Shown here: positions 11,465-25,100 of the stretch, one piece after another | How the letters are laid out: the number at the start of each line of letters is the position of its first letter | How positions within the stretch are numbered: the first letter of the stretch is position 1 | Assembly: GCA_030141605.1 (NCBI GenBank) | Contig: JAQGDQ010000034.1 | Span: 1-64,000, forward strand | Source: Tubiluchus corallicola | Taxonomy: Eukaryota > Animalia > Priapulida | Direction: 5' to 3' | Length of the DNA stretch: 64,000 bases | Translations under genes and position numbers: made by a program | The notes under the pieces: generated by a model | The model's input: the letters and a program-made list of their open reading frames with translations, nothing else | Told to the model about the DNA's origin: nothing | The model's database searches: none

Positions 11465-12165
11465 TTGAGGCAGATTTTTTTGTCTGTGTGAGTGTGCCCG
11501 CCTCTCTTTTTCTCACCTCCCAGTATACTGCTCACTGACTAATGTAAGAGGTTTTTGCTAATTAAATGAAAATCAGCTTGAAATTTTTTTATACATGTAT
11601 AAAAAACATACATACATTCATCATGGATGGTTTTCAGAAAGTATAATTCTACTGTTTTTTCCTGAGGCAAATTTTTTTTCTGTTTGTCTGTGCATGTGCC
11701 TGCCTCATCTGTCTCTCTCCTCGAAGCTTACTATTCACCCATTAATGTAAGTAGTTTTTGCGAACTAAATGAAAATCCGTTTGAAGATTCCTTATATATA
11801 CATTCATCATGGATGGTTTTCAGAAAGTACAACTCCACTGCAGTGTTTACAGGTTATAGCCTCCCCGTGGCTCTTTTAAGTTTTTACAAAAAGCATGAAA
11901 TGATACTCTGCAAAATTGCTTTTAGCAGAGCCGTGGGCATTATTTCATATGATGCCCTTCCAGCGGCACCTTTAAGTTTTTGCGAAAGCGTGAAATGATA
12001 CTCTGCAATTTTCCTGTGATCTAGCAGAACTGTAGACATATACCTTTCCTGTGGCTCCTTTAAGTTTTTTTTCAGAAAGCCTTAAATGACACTCTGCAAT
12101 TTGCCTGTGATTTAGCAGAACCGTAGACACCTGATAATGCCCTTTCGGCGGCTCTTTTAAATTTG
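11465..12165. repeat. Composite degenerate tandem repeat (two ~195-bp units followed by three ~90-bp units)
   Basis: gaggca-atttttt..tctgt...cattcatcatggatggttttcagaaagta occurs twice (11468, 11664). The motif aaatga(t/c)actctgcaa...tagcaga occurs three times. Confidence 0.6.
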
Positions 12166-12439
12166 TCTAATAAAAATAAAATGCCTTTGGCCCTTTGCAG
12201 GTAGCGCAATTAAAAATTGCAAAATTTACAAACAACTAAAGTCTATGAGAGCGCGCAGACGTAACTAAAAATTGTGCAATTGAAAATTGCAATCTGTGCT
12301 CAAACTTTTAATTGCGCCACTGTTTTATAATGTACCGTTTTAAGTGAGAGCGCACAGACATGCAATTTTTAATTGCAGCAACTTAATTAAAACACACTGG
12401 CGTGAGAAAAAGCAACTGAAAATCAGGTCAATATATATA

Positions 12440-13810
12440 TATAGGTACATGTATGTTAAAGCATATTAAATTGAACGTTAGTTTTCATGCACATGTATAC
12501 AAAAATCATAATTTACATAACAAAAAAAATCAGCCGGAATAAAAAATTACTTTGTAAACAATGTTGTAAGTTGCGTGTTATAGTCGTGCATAAGCAAGCA
12601 AATGTATAATGGTTTGCTAAGAAGAGGTTACTGTCATCAGCAAAATGTCGTGCTTGCAAGTTAGTACAGAAAGGGAGGTAATTTATGTATTATAAGAACA
12701 GAAGTGGATCCTAGGGGTACGCTGCACTGTACTAGGCCGGATTCAAAATTGTAAACTACAGTAAAGTGGTGTCTGTTAGTAAGATATGACTGGCATAATA
12801 GTCCATTTTCTGATTAAAATGGCGTGGTGAATAGTGTCAAATGCTTTTGTTAAATAGAGAAAAATGCCACAGGCAGGTAATTTGTTGTCTAGGTTTGTCA
12901 GAAGACTGTCTGTGATTTCAGCAGATGCTAGCATTATAGAATGATTTTTGGGGAAACTAAATTGAAAACATGATATTGTGTCTTTTTTTTTATTAAATAT
13001 GTCACCAGGCGTTTAAGATTGATTAAAAATTTTTAGCTATGGTGATACAAGTGAGGTGATCGCTAGTTGTTCAGCTTATTTGGATCATGTTTTTTATATG
13101 TGGGGATTTTTTGTCAGTTTTAAAGTGCCAGGAAACGTACCAGTCAAAATTGATGCATTAAACAGATTAGTATTTGATCTGAATTTGAAATTTGCAAGCC
13201 GGGTTACAATTTTATTTTTCGACATTTTGAAGTAATTTGGAAGTCATAAGGGCTTTCGGTATCAATAGCTTGGGAAATCTCGATTTCGCTAACAGGTGTG
13301 ATATAGAAAGAATTTTGTTGGGAATGCGCTAAATTATCTGTATATTTATTGTGTTATGTCATGTTGTGTTATGCATGACGCCAATGTTATACCAATGTTT
13401 GCAAAAAACTGCTAAAAGCGTTAGCAATATGGCGCGGATCACCTGAAGCTGATCCTTGGTAACAAACATTAGTAGGCATTATAGTATTTGTCTTTCTTCT
13501 ATTTTGGAACAGTTCGTTGATAGTGCTCCAAGTTTGCTTCGTGTTATTTTTGTTTGCTAGCAAGATCTGGGAGTAATATTTCTTTTTGGATGCATGTCTG
13601 ATGTGATTAAGTTTGTTAGAATATGTTTTACATAAATTTTTCTTATACAGTAAGTTGAATAACTTGTGTGTTGCATACATACGGCTTCTTGTTTTAATTG
13701 AACTGAGAATGCCGGGAGTGAACCAAGGTTTAGCTATAGTTTCTGAGTTTCTTGACAAAGTTTTGAGTGGGGTATGTTTGTCGAGTATTGTTTTAAAGAA
13801 TCCATGAATT
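12440..13810 (-). mobile_element. Decayed non-LTR retrotransposon (CR1/L2-group LINE), ORF2 reverse transcriptase region
   Basis: Minus-strand motifs in the expected order: KPWFTPGILSSIKTR..KKYYSQ..TKQTWSTIN (13387-13758), GTFP..LKL (~13130), GIFLYLTKAFDTI (12831-12868), CSVPLGS..LFL*YINYLP (~12675-12726) and FADDSNLF (FADD at 12633-12644). Many stops, frameshifts and deletions. Confidence 0.88.
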
Positions 13811-15256
13811 GTGAGCAGTGGATGTCTGCTTCGCCACCGTTCAGTTACTTATTTTATCTTAGACCTCGCTTAAAAAATTAGCTTGACATGCAAACATGCT
13901 CTACGTCTAAAAGCTCCAAGAACATGTCATTACAACTGCTTGTCCATACAAAAGGTCAGTTGCAAGGCATACTTTTAAGACTTATTCCAGATTTATTTTA
14001 ATACACACTTTGAATTAGTTGACTACAGCATTTTATATGCGCAAAAAATTCTTGTTCTTGACAATATAATTCGGATACTGTATTTTTCTGCATAATATAT
14101 TAAAGTTTATTGTTATTGCATAAATAAAAGAGCCAGCTTTTACAAACAGCCACAAAATTGGAAGTAACCAAAAAATTTTTGATCGAGCAATCCGCGTGAT
14201 TATTATGCTAAATCATCATTGTTACCGTATTCTTAATTCAGTAAAATTTCTACAACTACAGTTATCAACAGTGTCAGCAGCAACAACAACAACAACAACA
14301 AGCAACAAGCAACAATAGCAACAAACAGCTTATGACAAATTCCTAAACTACCAGAAAATTTTGGGCACATTAGTAAACAAAATGTTTTGGCAATAATTCT
14401 TCTCAGAAACATTTTGGGTAAAGCAAACTAAACTCAGTTAAAGCAAAGCAAAATCAATAAATTGCAACAGAATATTACATACTCAAACCCCTCAAAAGGT
14501 AGCAAGCCAGTAAAAAAGCTTATTTAATAGACATCATTAACACGCAATATTGCAGAGAAGAAGCATGCAGCGTTTTCTCGGTAACGTGCATTTGTTGGAT
14601 AACAATACCTGCCGTTATTCAACAATTCACAGCAGCAAATAGTCTAATTTAGAGGCAAATGAAAGGATTTAGTGTTGCTTCAGTACAAAACATCTAGCTA
14701 GACAAAGAGATGAGCAAAAACCTGCTTAAGTTATGATTTTGACAAAGTTAATTTGAAACAATGCGACATGACTGTTTTTTTTATAATGCTTACAAACACA
14801 CCACAATGGCGCCGCACATTGTAATAACCAGACATATGAGATTTGTTAAGTCTCCCAGAAAGGAAGAAAAACTGAAAAAAGAGATGGAAATGAAACAAAA
14901 GCGAAAATCCACGGAAACATCTGCAGGAGCGTGAACTTACCAGTTAAAAGTATCATTAAACAGAAAAAGTAAAATTGTTTTTGATTTTGCTTTAGATAAT
15001 GCACTACAATATAAATAAACAATTTCAACACTACGTATAAAAATATTGATAGCCGAGTTCACCATTTCCGTGACATTTTTACTCTCAAATAAGGTTAAAG
15101 GATAAAAAATGAAAGGTTAGCAAATAAAATAAAAAAGAAAAACTACCCGGAAGTTTACAAAACATGAATCTTGTGTTCGTCACAAAAGAGAGAAAATTTA
15201 ATCAATAACAAAGATAACACAAAGGTTCTTTGCCACTGCAGAGAATGAAATCAGGA

Positions 15257-18200
15257 TCAGCTGAGCTCAAAACCGGCACCAGATTCGATCGCGTAGAGTA
15301 GCCTCTCTTTCAAGACCTCCTCAGATTTAAACTGTGGTAACTTTAGCAGATTCATGCAAGTGGAAGCTGAGGGGAGTCTGTCTTCCGTGCCCGTGTTCTG
15401 TATGCAGATTGGTGGAAAGAGTTCCTATAGAAATGAAATAATTGACAATAACGAGGTGAATCTTATTAATTAAGTAAAACGGCAAATAAAATCACCAAAT
15501 GGCTTCCTTGTTTTTCTTTATACAGTTCAGCATTTAATGAAAATTCTTGTGGCAGAACTGCAGCTTATTTCACTAAGCAAGATAATCTTCCAGTGAGAAA
15601 CCGGTCTAGTGGAAGTGTCTCATTTGGATGTAAATACAACCTCCTCCTGCTGCTACATGGTTAGAATGTGAAACCATCCATTCACTGACTAGCTTCGGCA
15701 TTGCTTAACTTGCCCAAGAGCATGCTCTAACCACTTGGCTATTCCTTGACCCAAAGTAAAAGGTAGGTGAGGCATAGTTGCCATTATCGTTTCATCTTTC
15801 AGCATAACATAAAAATAATAATTTCCCCAACAGAGTATAGTGAGACAAATTCTAATTTACATTCTTCTTAAATTAAACAGCATGGATGCTACCAACATTC
15901 ATAACTGATCTGGTGTAAGATTATGACAGAGCAAATTTCAAGAATACAAGTTCTGCTCAACAGCTAGTTAAGGTTACAACTGAAAACATCATTAATTAAT
16001 TAGATGAAGACTACGATTGCTGAAATGTTTATAAATCATTGCAGTTTATTTTAACAATTATTGCCCATTGAGGATAATGAGTTGGAGAAAGAAAGGACAT
16101 GCTGAAAAATTGTGGACTAGTAGAAATTTTTCAGCGTCTCATTTCTTTCTCCAACTCATTACCTGCAATGGGTAATAATTGTTAAAAGTAAACCGCAATG
16201 GTTTATAAACATTCTGGCAATCACCATCATAATTTAATTAATTAATGACTTTATTAGTTGCCAGAAAATTTGAGAAAAGTGTTGATACCAAGTGAAAACA
16301 AATTTCCTAATTTGAAATATACATAATAACTTAAACTCAGTGGAATGAAATTGTGTTGTAAGGTTGTGTGCTAACAAGTCAAAGATCTATCTAACGAATT
16401 TGTGTTAAAAATGCTGCACAAAGAGTACAATCTTGTATTCCTGCTTGACAAATGAATGTTTGGTGAAAACTAAGCTATTTTTTTAATCGACAGCACATAC
16501 AGCTTCTTGCACCAACTCGTATTCTATCAAAAAGACAACACTAGAACCAAAAGTTACCTTGAAGCCAAGAAGCGGCGGTCGGGAGCAACTCGTTATGAAC
16601 TTGAGCAGCTGACGCTTTTGCTGTTCGTCAAAGTTGTCAACGACCCTCCAGAAAGACAAGATTGTCGTGTGATCATCTGAATAACCACCTATGAAGCAAC
16701 CACAACAAACACTAGAACAATCTGCAATTCGCTGCCCCCCCCCCCCATTGTACAATGTAAGAAACCAGAACTCAGAGCAAAAAATAGCCTGAGTTAATTC
16801 TACAAAAAATCACAAAGTTGGCGGTCGCAACAATCATAAGGCACGATAGAACGAGATAGTATATAATTTTAGCAGTAAATTTAACATATAGCCACTGCAC
16901 TTTAGTATATATAATATACATATTTAACTCCTTCACGACTACGAACACTTTTGTGGTTTGTCATTCTTGAACAAAACTGCCCATAACGGCCCGTCTGTAT
17001 GAGATACTGGTGCAAACCTATTTAGTTACGGAAGGAGAATTAAATTTTCTTTCTAGCATTCTAAATTTAATGTTTAGATATTTTCATTTGATAAATAACT
17101 AGCAGGATAATTTTTAAAGTTTGCAAAAATTTCACAGAGTTTTCGTTTCAAAGTTTTCCAGCTTCCAAGTGATAGCTTGTGCCTAAAACTGTTTAACATA
17201 AATAAACTCTAAAGCATTCATTTCTGCATCAAATTTTGCAAAAAAGTGTTCAAATCAGTCTAAGTTTGTACATTTGACAACTGTTCATTTATACTTAGGT
17301 GTTGCGAAATTTGTATAGGAATCCAATGTCTGCTGCAGGCAAGTCTGATCTGCACTGGCTATTGAACTGACCAGTTATTTTATGCATGTGAGTGACTGCT
17401 GCCCAAGTGAGAAATCCAGCTGTGAAATGATTCCAAATTACAAAAATGCTGCTAACATTTTTTCATTCTTTGGATGGTACATTCAAAAACATGATAATTG
17501 TTATAATTTAAGCCTGTTCAGAGGTAATTCAGAGTGAGAGTACTGCTCACTGTCAGCGCTTGTTATTATTACATTCTGTAAACACATGCTCAGATGACAA
17601 CAAAAATTACCTTAGCGAGGCTAATAATAGTCTGTGCTAATGAGTGCAGGGCAGAACAACGTTCGCTGATACGCTGAGATGAAGTACAAGTGTAAACAAA
17701 ATTTTCATCCAATAATTTGCAAAACATTTTTTTCAAAAATTGAAAACAAAGGATACAACAGAACTTTTTGCTCTTACACAATTTAATAGTATTTTAGCTG
17801 ATTCTTTTCAAAGTTTCATTAAATATAGAGAGTGGAAAGTTTTGTTAACAATGAACTGTTTTTACCCATCACAAATGATGGGTAAATGTATTATTTTATT
17901 CTCTATTTCAGCTTGTAGACATAGTCTTAAGCCATAAAAATACAACAATTACTAAAAAACAAATTATAGAAACCTAAACTCACAATTTACAGAAAAAATA
18001 AGAAGAGAAATTAGTGAAGTTACATAAGTGATGTGCATTAAAAGTACATTAAAATTATATTCCAATGGGCAAAAATTTTGGAGCATATAAAAACATCACT
18101 GTTGTAAATTGTGTTTTAATAAACCCATCGGGGAAGCAGTTAATTAGTTAATTTCATTCTCAATTTTAGGAGCATTGGTTAATGGTACAATGAACACACA

Positions 18201-21200
18201 ATTAAATTTTTAATTGAAAGACACTTGACGTAAAGACAAGATGTGCGAAAAAATTGAGCCTCAGTCTGGATTTGAACCATGAATGTTTGGTTTCCAAGAG
18301 CATATCCATTGCCACTAACTGCACAGTTCCTTGTGATCATGGCAGTCGTAAGATAACACAAATGGCTGAACAACTAATAGAAAATTTCCAAACAATATTT
18401 TACTCTCTTGCGCTAGAGCAGTCAATAATTAATAAAATTATTTTTGACAATTAATTAATTAATTTAATTTGCTAGTTAATTTAAATTATTATATGAAGAA
18501 TATCAGAATACCAAGTGCAAAGCACCATATCTGATTCATTAAATATTCACAATAAAAAATTCTATTTAGTTTAGTATATATGTGTATATATGAAGTCATC
18601 AGAGTATTTGTGATCAAGGTCAACTCAAACAACAGATAAAATTGTTAATGCACCTGAATAAGTAATGTGTCTTCTCAGATCACCGACGTCAATGGGCACA
18701 CGTGCTCCCGATACCAGAACCTGCAATTCGCGATAATCAAACATTTGCAGCCATTCTAGGTCTATGACGTCGGCAAGACCTTGTTTAAATGCATGACAGT
18801 GAGCACGGATCTGAAAAAATAATGTACATCAATGAGCACAAATGTGGAAAGACATGACTGACAGTAAGCATAAATCTGGAAAAAACATAGATGAGCATGA
18901 ATCTGATAAAGCACAAAAGCGAACATGAACCTGGAAAAACACGAACATGAGCATGAATCTGACAGAGCATAAAAGTGAACATGAACCTGGAAAAACATGA
19001 ACATGAGCATGAATCTGACAGAGCATAAAAGTGAACATGAACCTGGAAAAACATGAACATGAGCATGAATCTGACAGAGCATAAAAGTGAACATGAACCT
19101 GGAAAAACATGAACATGAGCATGAATCTGACAAAGCACGAAAGTGAACATGAACCAGGAAAAACACGACAGCAAGAAAAAGTTATTAAACTTGGATGTTA
19201 AAAAAAATGTTACCCAATAAATGACAATACCTGTCTGTTAAGCTTGTAGTCGGCTAGCAAATGAATGTATTCAATTTTGTTGGCACTAGACACAATGATG
19301 TCACGGCCTCCTGGTTTTAGTTCCTCAACCTGGAAATATCAATTTCAACTTAATATAAAGCATTAGTAATTTGTACAGAAATTATGGCAGCACTAGAACA
19401 TTTGCAAGACAGGAAATCTTTTTCTGAAAATGAATCCAGTATTAAATTACTTTGGCATCACATTGGAACTCAATTTCTTATTTAAAACACAATGCATTCG
19501 TATTTTTTCATAAGATGTAAAGTTATTGCTATCTATATTTATCTATTAATAATAGTTATACACAAAACAATCATTGATATTTTGAGAATACCCTTGTTTC
19601 TCCGAGTTCATCATTGATGACGGTGAAATCTAGAGCAAGATCAGACACGTCGCCTTCGTAGGTTTTCAAGTAAAGAAGATTCCTGTAAAAATCAACAACT
19701 TTAATGGCAAGAAACGATACGGAAAACAAACTGAAAGAAAGCACTCAATTGTAGTCCACTTGATGTGGATACTTGCAGCAGGACTGGCAATTAGTCCCAA
19801 AATCAAGGCTAAACCTCTAAAATGGCAGAAGTGTTTAAGTGCTTCACTGAATTGGCAGAGGTGTTTACGTCACATTAAAATCCTTTTTCAACAAGATCAA
19901 GAAACAATCAAAAACAGTAACGTTATTGAGTCTGATAGTCGCCTATCTATCAACACTGGCACTGCTTCATTTCCGTCAGTAAGCAAGAATCATGACCACT
20001 TTCCTACTAGCCTTTCTCTTTAGAAAGAACAACTACTTGCAGGTCTGACAATCCCCCATCAATGTGGCTACGAGTGCAGAAGCTTCCCAAACAGACAGTT
20101 GTCATGAATGGGTGATGTCATGACGGTGGGGATAAAAACATTGAAAACAACGAAAATTGCATAAATAACAACATAATTGCAAAAAAAATCAACGTACAAC
20201 AAAAATAAATAATTGCAATAAACATATTTATTTTTAGTTGCAATAACTCTCATTAAGTGTAGCGGGTCTAGCATTTCGTGACACGCCTTATGTTGCAGAA
20301 CCTGGCATGACATCACTAAGTCTCTGCTGCAGCTTTTTCCATATATCAGACAAGTGACAGTGCCTGCTGTCCTAAACAAAATTCATATTCAAAATATTCG
20401 ACATGTCACGTTAACATAATCATTTTAATGGGATACCAGAGCTGGCAAAACGAAGAGGAAATAGAGTAATGACACGAGTCCAAGAAAGCAAAGAAATCTC
20501 CCAGCCTTTACTTACTTGTACATGACAGGATCAAGTGATGCTAGATGATGTATATCCACATCACACATATGCTTGCTGAGAATCTTGGCAAGAAAGAAGC
20601 CTGCGAACGGAAGCTCGACCAACATGTTCTCATACAATGCCTAGGAAATTGCAACAATATACTGTTAAATACGAAAAACATGAAAAAATGGTTTACTAAC
20701 CTGAACACACTTTAAACAGCTACCTCCGGTGAGCTATTACCTACTACCGCCTGACCAAAATTTGCCGAGCTTTTGTATATCACACTGGAGCTCGTACAGT
20801 AGGAAGTAGCACTGCACTTCAATTTTCACTTTCTCAAACACGTGCAACATGCTCGCGGAATGTTTGTGTTGTTGAAAATTATGTTAATTTGTGACGTCAT
20901 TAACTGTGCTCGCACACCACTAATTGAGTTTTTAACCTATCATTTAATTATCAGAAATGCTTTGGCATAATTATAGGTGTTAGAATGTATACTTTTTGCC
21001 ATACTTCGAAAGGAATTCACAACTGCCCACAAATTTAAATACCATACCCTAACCCCAGCCATAACCCTAAACCCAATCCTAGCCCCAACCCTAACTCTAA
21101 TCCCAACCGTAACCCTAAACCTAAACTTAACTCCAACCCTAACCCTAACCCTAACCATAATTCCTAAGCTAACCCTAAACCATTTCACAAACTATTTTCT

Positions 21201-22112
21201 TGTGTGTGGGGAATGGTAGATCTTAGCCTAATATGAAAAATCATTCTGTTTTCTTTAACTTCTAGGTACTATATTCTAGGTTAATATTAGACTATCATTA
21301 GTTTACCTTGCCTAACATTCGGCCAATAAAGTAATAATGGCTCCGATAGTTGTCAAACAGTACGGGAGAATGAGGATTGGGATACAGTAAGCGATCGTGG
21401 GTGGTACGGAAAAATCCGCGATTTGGATCAAAGCACGTCTTCAACAGCACAGAGAGAAACTCCCGGAATATTCCCCCGCCATCAATTCCGGCTTCGTCCA
21501 GGCCTGCAAAGTTGACCAGCTGCACCCGCATTCGAAGCTTCAAGTTTGGTTCTGTTTAAAAGAAGAAACCATGTTAACTAAAGTATAATGACAATATGCA
21601 TGTTTTAAGGTTGGCAAAATACCAAATAATAAATTTTACTTTTATGAAATAAAATATTACATAATAAATAATATACTATCAGTTAAAAAAATGATAAAAT
21701 GTAGCTTGATAAAAAAGCAGTACGTAAATTGGTACCAAACTTTCCTATTATTTCACAACAGAAATTATGATGTTAGACTATTACATGTTTCTCTAGTGAA
21801 CTGATAACTCAGTAAATACTACGATCTCAGTAAGTTCGATTTTCGACTTAATATGACAGAAAAATAGCTTTAAAAATGGTCAAATTATAGAAATATGTAG
21901 TTATATTGAACACCATTTTAAAAAATAAATTCAGCATACTGAGTCTTGGGAATCACTTAGGAGGCAGACGATTTATAGGCCTATTTATAGATTGTTAGGC
22001 AAAAACAATCACGTTTGCAGTCAACTCAGAACCAGTCAACAAATCCAGACTTTTCAATTTGATACAAAAAATAAATACAATACCATCTCTAAAGCTGCTA
22101 ATGACAATAATA

Positions 22113-22186
<74 letters not shown>

Positions 22187-25100
22187 AATAATAATAATAA
22201 TTTATTTGTAGAATGCAGAAATCGACCAATCATTATCATCATCAGCTGTGCCATAATACAAGTTTACAATTAAAAATGACTGTAATAAAATTACATTGTT
22301 AAATACTGACTACAACTTCTGTAACTATACAAGTTCCAAGAAATTAAGATGTGCATAACACGCACCATTCTCTGGGCTGAGCTTCTCATAGGCATCCTCG
22401 TACAAGTAATTACGTCTGACTAGAATATGAATGGACGGACCGACATTGAATCCGTCTCGTTCCCTATGATTATCCTCTTTATCACAGTGAATTAACTGTT
22501 GGAAGATCTGCATAATAAAATGTTGCCAAATTAGTCTGAAAATTCGCAAACACCGTTAAAAATTAGAAAACAGCGCAGACAGATGAAGCCCTTATGGTTT
22601 TTTACAAATTTTATTTTGGGGTTTAGCTTCAGTTAACAATATGCATTTATTTGTAATGGAAAAGTTCTAAAACAAGAATGGGGCTGTACATAGATAATTT
22701 TTCCACAGAGCTGCTTTAGCTGTTTCTCCAAAATTTCATTTGTACTCTGTTTGTAATAAGTTTAGTATTAAGTAGTATTTAACAGTATTAAAGACCCGGC
22801 ACTTGAACAACACCAAGAATCACGTTTACATCATCTTTCTAACATAAATGTAACAACAATCAATATGTAGGGTTAGGTTATAGGGTTACTGATTTCCTTT
22901 TGTCAAAAAGTAAATTTCCAGGTTCCTCTAGATTTAGATTTATTATATACAATGCCAATGTGTAGAAGTTCCTTGTTGAAGCTGACGCTAAGTTTAGGAC
23001 ACTGATCTAGTAATACCAGCCGGCACACCAGAAATGTCACCTAGTTAAAGAAAACTTCTTGATTTAGTGAAGTGTTGGCTGTTGCACTCGGACTCTTGAA
23101 CTGCTTTTAAGTTTGGCAAACTTGGCTCGTTGGAAAAAGTTATCTCTCACCACTTATATCTTTTATCATGGTAATATGCTTGGAACAGAAGGGTTAGAAA
23201 AGTGATTCACCTTAAAATAAACAGACGTCGAACTCTAAACCTGCAGTTGAGTGTATTTTTATCTGCTCTGACTATTAACTGTGGCAATAAGGCAATGTAC
23301 TACACCACGATCACAGGCAGAATCCCCAATATAAAAGGAGCAACAATAACACTGCAATTATATCAGTTCTTTCTTAAGGAATGGATTACGGAAAATTTTA
23401 TATACTTATTTTACAGCTCCCAGGCAGCCTTCCTTGCCTAGTTTATAATAGTCTGTAATAGTTTATAATAGTCTGTAACAGTTTGTAATAGTCTGTAATA
23501 TTCGCAATAATCTTTGTTAGTGGTGGCCAATATGATTACTGATTATTTTTGCTTTGCTTTTCTAGCAGTTACTACTCTAATATTAAAACTGTGTGAACAT
23601 AATGACAATAGTCACACTGATTCAAGCAGCTTCATCAGTGAGCTTGTAAGCTTCAAAATTTGTAATTTGCAGCACCTACATCTTTGCAGGTGTTTTTAAA
23701 TGTCTATAAAAGTTTAAATATCGTGTTTCACAACTGTCTGTTTTTTCTCAGAAGTACAATTTTGCCATTAAAAAGTAATAATTTAATAATGAGATACATG
23801 TTTTTTAACTAGTAATCTAAGTAACTGATTACTTGTAAACAATTACAAAAATCAACTACTCGGAATGAATTATGCCAACCAATTGCACTTGTCCAAAGTC
23901 GGCGTTAATCAAAACAGTTAAAGAAATGATTAACATTCTATACTGTTGATTCGTACCTTTACTCGATCTTCAAATGGCACCACAAATGGTAACTCCGTCA
24001 AAATTGTCAAGTTTCTCGCATCCGTAACTGTCAGTGGTGGAAGATCTTCTGCAAAAACAGAAGAAATACGCGTTAAACGTAAATAACAAGACGTTACGGA
24101 CAGCGTGCTACAAAACGTAAATAATAAAACTTCTAGGTATTTGCATAAAAGTTGCAGCACCTGTCCTGACAGGTGATTAAGTAGGACACTACTTGAGCTG
24201 TTGCACCTTTAGTACAACAATAGCTGTAGAAAAATAGTAAACTTTTCTATTATTGTAACAACACTTTCGTAATGGAGAATTGGAGTCAAAACCTTTGAAT
24301 CTTTCTTTGGCTAAACACAGTTTAGCAACTAATCTTGGCCCTAGTAAGGCAAAATGTAGCTTCCCTCCATGGGAGTTTAATTGGGACTGTCAGTTCAATG
24401 GTTTGTCTTGTGGCAGCATGTAAATAAATTAAAAGACCAGAGCAAATTCCATCTCATATTATATACTACCTAACCTGCATTTCACCAGGTTTTTGCATAT
24501 ACCACATTACGACATTGGAAATTTGACCAATTTGTCATAAGGAATTTTTGTCACATGTAACACCACTGTTAACTACAGCCAGTATAAATTTTGTTTTATT
24601 ACAAAGTAACTTTAAGTTAGGAAAAAACAATAATAAATCTGAGGTACAACAAGGTTAAAACTCATCAGTCTCTACACAAAACAGTTTTGAAATCACCACC
24701 CACATGTCATATGCTATCAAATTTTGCACCCATTTCTATACATCTTATGTAAATTTCTGTTAACGTAGACCTGTTAAAATTTAAATAAAATAATCAAATG
24801 ATATTTTTCAAAATTTATTACAAAACTGCATTTTCCCACATCACGTACATTTACGAGCAAATAAAAAATGCTTACCTATCGCAGACGGCCGTACAGCTGT
24901 GCTGTGAGTCTGCAGCACACCGGCCTGGTAATAAAGAAACAACTGTTTGGGCTGAAAGAAGAAAAAGCTACAATGATGCATCTTTGTTATCAAATCAAAT
25001 CAATTTATTTCACTCCACAACATTACCTAATTATCTCCTAAAATTCAATTGAAAGACGAACAAAACAAATTCCATCTCAAATTATACACTACTTAACCTG

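Noticed and set aside
18762-19174. Three overlapping Cys/His/Phe-rich ORFs, or a CRISPR-like array
   Set aside because: Products of a stop-free 56-bp intronic tandem repeat. There are no unique spacers and the context is eukaryotic.
20940-21219. VRVRV / LTLTL ORFs, or a true telomere
   Set aside because: Degenerate intronic hexamer repeat inside an intact gene.
21992-22273. Poly-Asp and poly-Ser ORFs
   Set aside because: (GAT)n microsatellite in a UBE3C intron.
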